DNA of 61,525 nt. Source: an uncultured Planctomycetales bacterium. GTDB lineage: Bacteria; Omnitrophota; Gorgyraeia; Zapsychrales; CAYRXT01. Location of the stretch: the NCBI GenBank assembly GCA_964428315.1, contig CAYRXT010000014.1, positions 1 to 61,525 on the forward strand, given 5' to 3'. The notes under the pieces are model-generated. The model made no database searches. It saw nothing but the letters and a program-made list of their open reading frames with translations, and was not told the DNA's origin. Positions 57,380 through 61,525 of this stretch are shown one piece after another (the first letter of the stretch is position 1; each line of letters begins with the position of its first letter). A program made the translations under genes and the position numbers.

Positions 57380-59575
57380 TCACGCCTCCTTTAAGACCGG
57401 GATGTCGATTTCGAGGAGCGTCCCTTGTCCGGGACTGGAATGTATGCGCAGGGTGCCGTCCAGCAAACGGGCTCGCTCTTCCATAGTCGAAAGGCCAAGC
57501 CCTGAACGCGACATCCTGACTTCCGGAGATCTGCCCATCATTAAACCTATACCGTTATCCTTCACCGTAATCAACAGCCGTCCCCTCCTGCGGCGCATCA
57601 CAATTTCCGCCTTGACAGCGCGGGCATGACGGACGATATTCGTCAGCGCCTCCTGAACAATGCGGTAGAGGTTGATGATCTCGCCCCGGAACTGAAGGTT
57701 CTCCAGGGACACCGGTTTATACATAATCTTCAGGCCGCCTCTTTCGCTGAAATGCTCAACCAGGGCCTCCAGGGCACTGGAAAGGCCCAGGACCTCCAGG
57801 GCCGATGGGCGCAGTCCCGCGGCCAGCGCACGGGTTTTCTCTATCACGCCGTCGACACAGGCGATGACCTTTTGGTACTCCTGCTGATTACGCCCCGGCC
57901 CGGATCCCCCTCGCGGTAAGCTCGATTGAATAAGCATTTTGAGTACGACGAGAGATTGCCCCAGATCATCATGAATTTCACGGGAAATGGATTCCCTTTC
58001 TTTTTCCTGCGCCTGGATGATCCTCTGGGGCAGCTTCTTCATGGCCTCTTCCATCATCTTGCGACGGGTGATCTCATAACGGATCGAGACATACTGGTAG
58101 GGCTTTCCTTTTTCATTCAGAAACGGGATGATGGTCGTATCGACCCAGTAAAGACGGCCGAATTTGGCATGGTTGCAGATCTCTCCTTTCCAGATCCTCC
58201 CCGAAGAAATCGTCTGCCAAAGATCACGGAAATGTTCTCTGGCATGAAGGCCCGAATTGATCAACCGGTGATCTTCTCCGATCAATTCCTCCCGCCGGTA
58301 GCCGGAAATCTCGCAAAACTTGTCGTTTACATAAATGATCCTTCCTTTGGCATCGGTGATCGCCACGATGGCCGAGGCGTCCAGGGCCCATTTGATATCC
58401 TTTAATTCCCTGAGCGTGTTCTGAAGCTCCTCATCCACCACTTTTCGCTCAATGAAGAGCCCCAGACGTTTAGCCACCGCAACGATAAAACCCCGCTCCT
58501 CTTTGGACAAGAGATCGTCCCTGCGAACCCTGCTGCTGTAAAAGATCTCAAGGTTTCCGGCTTTTTTGTTCTTAACGATAATGGGCACAGAAAAAAGGAT
58601 TTTCGATCTCCTGAATTTTTCGGAACGGAAGACCCGGCCTTCGTAAACAATACGGCAGTGTGTTTGGCCCGGATTGCGAAAACTCGGTTTCAGAAGGCGG
58701 AGGACCTCTTCCATCTGCTTATCAAGAAAAGAGCTTTCTTTACGACGTATCTGTTCGATTCCGTAAAGACAACTCAGCTCCCTGAATCTCTGGTTCAGGC
58801 GTTCTAGGAGGGTCTCCCTTTCCCGCTCGGCTTTTTTCCTTTCCGTGATATCCAGGATTGTGCCCTGATATCCGAGGATGCGTCCGTTCTCGTCCCTGCG
58901 AACGGCGGCGGACACAATGCCCTGGATGGCCGCCCCGTTCTTCTTCCTCAGCTCCAGCTCATAATTTTTGACTGAATCCTGTTTTTCAATAATCTTCTTG
59001 AATTTTAAACGCTCAGCCGAATCGGCATAGATATTGATTACGGGAGTTTTTAAGAGCTGTCGTTTATTTCTATAGCCGAACAGTTTAACGCCCGCCTCGT
59101 TGATGTCGACCCATTGGCCCTCGCGCGTCGTGATGTAAATGCAATTTTGAGAGGTCTCGAAAAGGACGCGGTAGCGGTCGCGTTCAAACCGCGTCCTGGA
59201 GGTCACATCCCGGGTAATGCCCATAATCCCGATGACCTTGCCTCTTTTATTGACCCGCGGCAGTTTGGTCGTAGACACAAAATGGGAAGTGCCGTCGGGA
59301 CGGGTGGTCTGTTCGAGGATATCCACCAGCGGCTTGCCGGTCCGCATAACCCGTCTGTCATCAGCGGTCATTTGCCGCGCTTGTTCATCGGGAAAATAAT
59401 CAAAATCCGTATTCCCCACGACGTCCTCAGGGCGCAACCCAAGGCCTCGGGCATGGGCCTGGTTGACTAAGATCAACTGTCCCTGCCTGTCCTTAAAATA
59501 GATCGCGTCCGGGATACTGTCGAATATCTGACGAACAAGACTGCCGTCAATCATTTTCTTTTTGTCCGCGTTCAT
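57380..59575 (-). CDS. Cytoplasmic multi-PAS histidine kinase (HisKA_3)
   Basis: Three PAS repeats, the last Aer/NifL-like (YVNDKFCEISGY...HRLINSG...YWV); REIHDDLGQ, QEALTN, DNGIG, GLGL. Confidence 0.93.
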   Translation of the reverse strand: MNADKKKMIDGSLVRQIFDSIPDAIYFKDRQGQLILVNQAHARGLGLRPEDVVGNTDFDYFPDEQARQMTADDRRVMRTGKPLVDILEQTTRPDGTSHFVSTTKLPRVNKRGKVIGIMGITRDVTSRTRFERDRYRVLFETSQNCIYITTREGQWVDINEAGVKLFGYRNKRQLLKTPVINIYADSAERLKFKKIIEKQDSVKNYELELRKKNGAAIQGIVSAAVRRDENGRILGYQGTILDITERKKAERERETLLERLNQRFRELSCLYGIEQIRRKESSFLDKQMEEVLRLLKPSFRNPGQTHCRIVYEGRVFRSEKFRRSKILFSVPIIVKNKKAGNLEIFYSSRVRRDDLLSKEERGFIVAVAKRLGLFIERKVVDEELQNTLRELKDIKWALDASAIVAITDAKGRIIYVNDKFCEISGYRREELIGEDHRLINSGLHAREHFRDLWQTISSGRIWKGEICNHAKFGRLYWVDTTIIPFLNEKGKPYQYVSIRYEITRRKMMEEAMKKLPQRIIQAQEKERESISREIHDDLGQSLVVLKMLIQSSLPRGGSGPGRNQQEYQKVIACVDGVIEKTRALAAGLRPSALEVLGLSSALEALVEHFSERGGLKIMYKPVSLENLQFRGEIINLYRIVQEALTNIVRHARAVKAEIVMRRRRGRLLITVKDNGIGLMMGRSPEVRMSRSGLGLSTMEERARLLDGTLRIHSSPGQGTLLEIDIPVLKEA

Positions 59576-59698
59576 GAGGATGGAGCTATTATATCATAAC
59601 TCCATAGATTGGATATCGTTAAAGAATAAAGAAGGCCTGTCTGTCTCTTAAAAAGCGGAAAACCAGCCGATCCCGGCCGGATGGAAAACCTTCCGAAA

Positions 59699-60049
59699 TC
59701 AGGGCGCGTGGTCCCTGATTTTTTGTTCGCAGAACTGCACGAAGCGGATGACCTCAGGGGAGGATGTCTCGTATAATTCCACCCCGATCCAGTATTCTTC
59801 CATGACTAAAAGCTCTCTTTCCTTGGCCCAGACAACCGTGACCATTACCTGAACTGTTTCCCCGGGGATCAATTCGACTTTCAGGCGAAGAATCTGTCCG
59901 ACAGGCAGTCTTTCGCGGGATATCAGGCATAATCCGCCGACGCTGATGTTCAAGGTCGTGGCCACGGACACGTTCTCTTCGGGGCCGATGACCTGAAAGG
60001 ACGCTGGGAGCTCTATGGATATTCGGGGGTATCGTCTTTGTTCACTCAT
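59699..60049 (-). CDS. PilZ-domain protein
   Basis: QRRYPR and NISVGG motifs. Confidence 0.88.
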   Translation of the reverse strand: MSEQRRYPRISIELPASFQVIGPEENVSVATTLNISVGGLCLISRERLPVGQILRLKVELIPGETVQVMVTVVWAKERELLVMEEYWIGVELYETSSPEVIRFVQFCEQKIRDHAP

Positions 60050-60102
60050 CCCGGGACCTCATGACGATGAAGCGTTCACCCGCAACATTAACACGCCTGC
60101 GG

Positions 60103-60579
60103 TTAAGGACGCAAGCCTTTTAATGATTTTGTAGAAATCTCCAGCGGCCAGTAACGGGATCTTACAGAGGCGTTTTCCGTTATCTTGATCTCCGTTTCGG
60201 GTGTCAAAGAGACAACCGCGTGCCAGATCTTTTTCTTTATGATTAAGGGTTTGTCCAATGAAAAACAGCGGACGCTCTTCATGTCTTTCTTCCGGCTGAC
60301 AAAAATCAAGGCCTTTCCCCTTATAGGCTCAAAGGTTTCGTCCGATCGCGGATGCATCTCCATCCGGCCGGATGATCTGTCGCGCAAAACAAGGTAAGCA
60401 ATACGCCAACCGGTCCTTGCGGATTCTGTATGGACAATCCGCCAGAGATTCCTTTTTCTGCCTTTTGAAGATTTATTTGGGTAGCTGATCAATTTTCCGA
60501 AAGGGCGAAAGTTATCACGGTTTGGTGAGATTATGGATTTCTGATAATCGTGCGTCATCGGATCTGTATATTCGCGCAA
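60103..60579 (-). CDS. Cupin, ureidoglycolate lyase-like
   Basis: NFRPFG, MEMHP.SDETFEP, IWH; start uncertain. Confidence 0.6.
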   Translation of the reverse strand: MREYTDPMTHDYQKSIISPNRDNFRPFGKLISYPNKSSKGRKRNLWRIVHTESARTGWRIAYLVLRDRSSGRMEMHPRSDETFEPIRGKALIFVSRKKDMKSVRCFSLDKPLIIKKKIWHAVVSLTPETEIKITENASVRSRYWPLEISTKSLKGLRP

Positions 60580-60585
60580 ATTCCG

Positions 60586-61062
60586 TTAGTTATATGTGAT
60601 ATTGCCATGTTTTATCCATCCACCTTGATGCCGAAAATCAGGGTCTTTGTGGGTCCAGTGAACCACACCTCCTTTAGGATTCCATTCGTACTCTCCACGA
60701 AATTGAATTTTATCCCCAACTTTAAGGGTTTCTATACGCGGGGCAATGTCTATATTATGGCTGATCAATAAGGTCTGTCCGCTTTTCATTTGCACAATAA
60801 ATTTCTGGTGCCGATCTCCTTCAAGATCGTCCGGCAGAAGCCGGATCACCGTCGCTTCGGCTTCCACCCAGAGATCCGACTGTCCCTGCCGGTAGGCCCG
60901 GTAAAGAGCTTCTTCGCCGGCGGCCCGGGCTGACAGCCGGGTAGGCGCGGTGGGAGAAAGCTGTTCACAGCCGGAAGCAATACAAAGGAACGGAATAAAT
61001 ATCCGGATAAAAAGCAGAAATCGCGTCTTATTCTTAAAGGATGGCATTGGATTCCGCATCAA
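60586..61062 (-). CDS. DUF3465-like lipoprotein
   Basis: Lipobox-like ASGC; LLPDDLEGDRHQKFI, HNIDIAPR, GEYEWN, HWTH. Confidence 0.8.
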   Translation of the reverse strand: MMRNPMPSFKNKTRFLLFIRIFIPFLCIASGCEQLSPTAPTRLSARAAGEEALYRAYRQGQSDLWVEAEATVIRLLPDDLEGDRHQKFIVQMKSGQTLLISHNIDIAPRIETLKVGDKIQFRGEYEWNPKGGVVHWTHKDPDFRHQGGWIKHGNITYN

Positions 61063-61063
61063 A

Positions 61064-61450
61064 TCAGGAAAACTTTTTTCTCAAATCTCTCATAAGTGCG
61101 CGGCTCTTATGATACAGCACAAAAACAATACCGAGATTAACAGCCGGCAAAAACATCAGCAGGACCCAAACGAAAGGGTAAAGGGTAACCCTTTCATGTT
61201 CCCGCAAGACCAGACTCAATTGCCAAACCGATACCAGAAAACATATGCCGAGGGTCCAGTAAATGATACGAATGACCATGAACACTCCGGGCTTGTGATA
61301 AGCCTGTATAAAAACCAGGAAGACGACCTGCGCGATAAAAAAAAGGATGAACAGGCCGAGGGTCCTATTGTAATTCTGATACGCGTTCCGAAGCTCGCTC
61401 CATTGCTGGCGAAGGATATCTGACTGACCCGGCTCCTGCATCCCGTTCAT
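61064..61450 (-). CDS. Hypothetical small membrane protein
   Basis: Three to four hydrophobic segments; GGAGG RBS upstream. Confidence 0.7.
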   Translation of the reverse strand: MNGMQEPGQSDILRQQWSELRNAYQNYNRTLGLFILFFIAQVVFLVFIQAYHKPGVFMVIRIIYWTLGICFLVSVWQLSLVLREHERVTLYPFVWVLLMFLPAVNLGIVFVLYHKSRALMRDLRKKFS

Positions 61451-61525
61451 TTACCCTCCCTCTCTTAAAAAACGTATTGTCAAAAATATTTATTCAATGT
61501 TTGTTTAACTGTAACAGCTACAAAG

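Noticed and set aside
61475-61500. Rex-like operator (ttgtcaaaaatatttattcaa)
   Set aside because: Spacing and right half do not fit TTGTGAA-N4-TTCACAA; AT-rich background.

Overview
Bacterial chromosomal window, almost entirely coded on the minus strand, from a diderm anaerobe with fermentative H2 metabolism; taxonomy cannot be fixed from the sequence. From left to right: (1) 1-4815, the lower-GC end of a decayed integrated island with an HTH/controller, a DNA methyltransferase and an AlbA_2(Schlafen)-HATPase gene, bounded by a serine-recombinase C-terminal remnant and a tRNA-3'-like att scar. (2) A repair cluster: EndoQ-like PHP nuclease, UvrD-like helicase and pcm, with a perfect 53-bp double-hairpin palindrome between the first two. 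(3) An MNT-HEPN toxin-antitoxin pair. (4) A largely low-GC surface-polysaccharide locus: wzm/wzt, an amidotransferase-like gene, about 7 glycosyltransferases, a methyltransferase, UbiA and GT-C. (5) A ~28-kb H2/redox region: PFOR, a DHOD-like flavoprotein, HoxEFUYH (group 3d) with protease and hypAFCDE, a Cache histidine kinase and receiver, a four-subunit group 3b hydrogenase with its own protease and a Zn-finger-less mini-HypA, a DASS transporter and pckA. (6) A PAS-kinase/NarL-type regulatory cluster. The most notable non-gene structures are a 304-bp duplication of the kinase 3' end flanking a cargo gene, a 197-bp IS200/IS605-like miniature element inside the displaced copy (filled and empty sites both visible), two identical 22-bp in-frame PSTGSGQ repeats in the methyltransferase, and an 18-bp motif at matching spacing upstream of both hydrogenase-containing operons. 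All calls come from reading sequence and motifs by eye; no searches were run.
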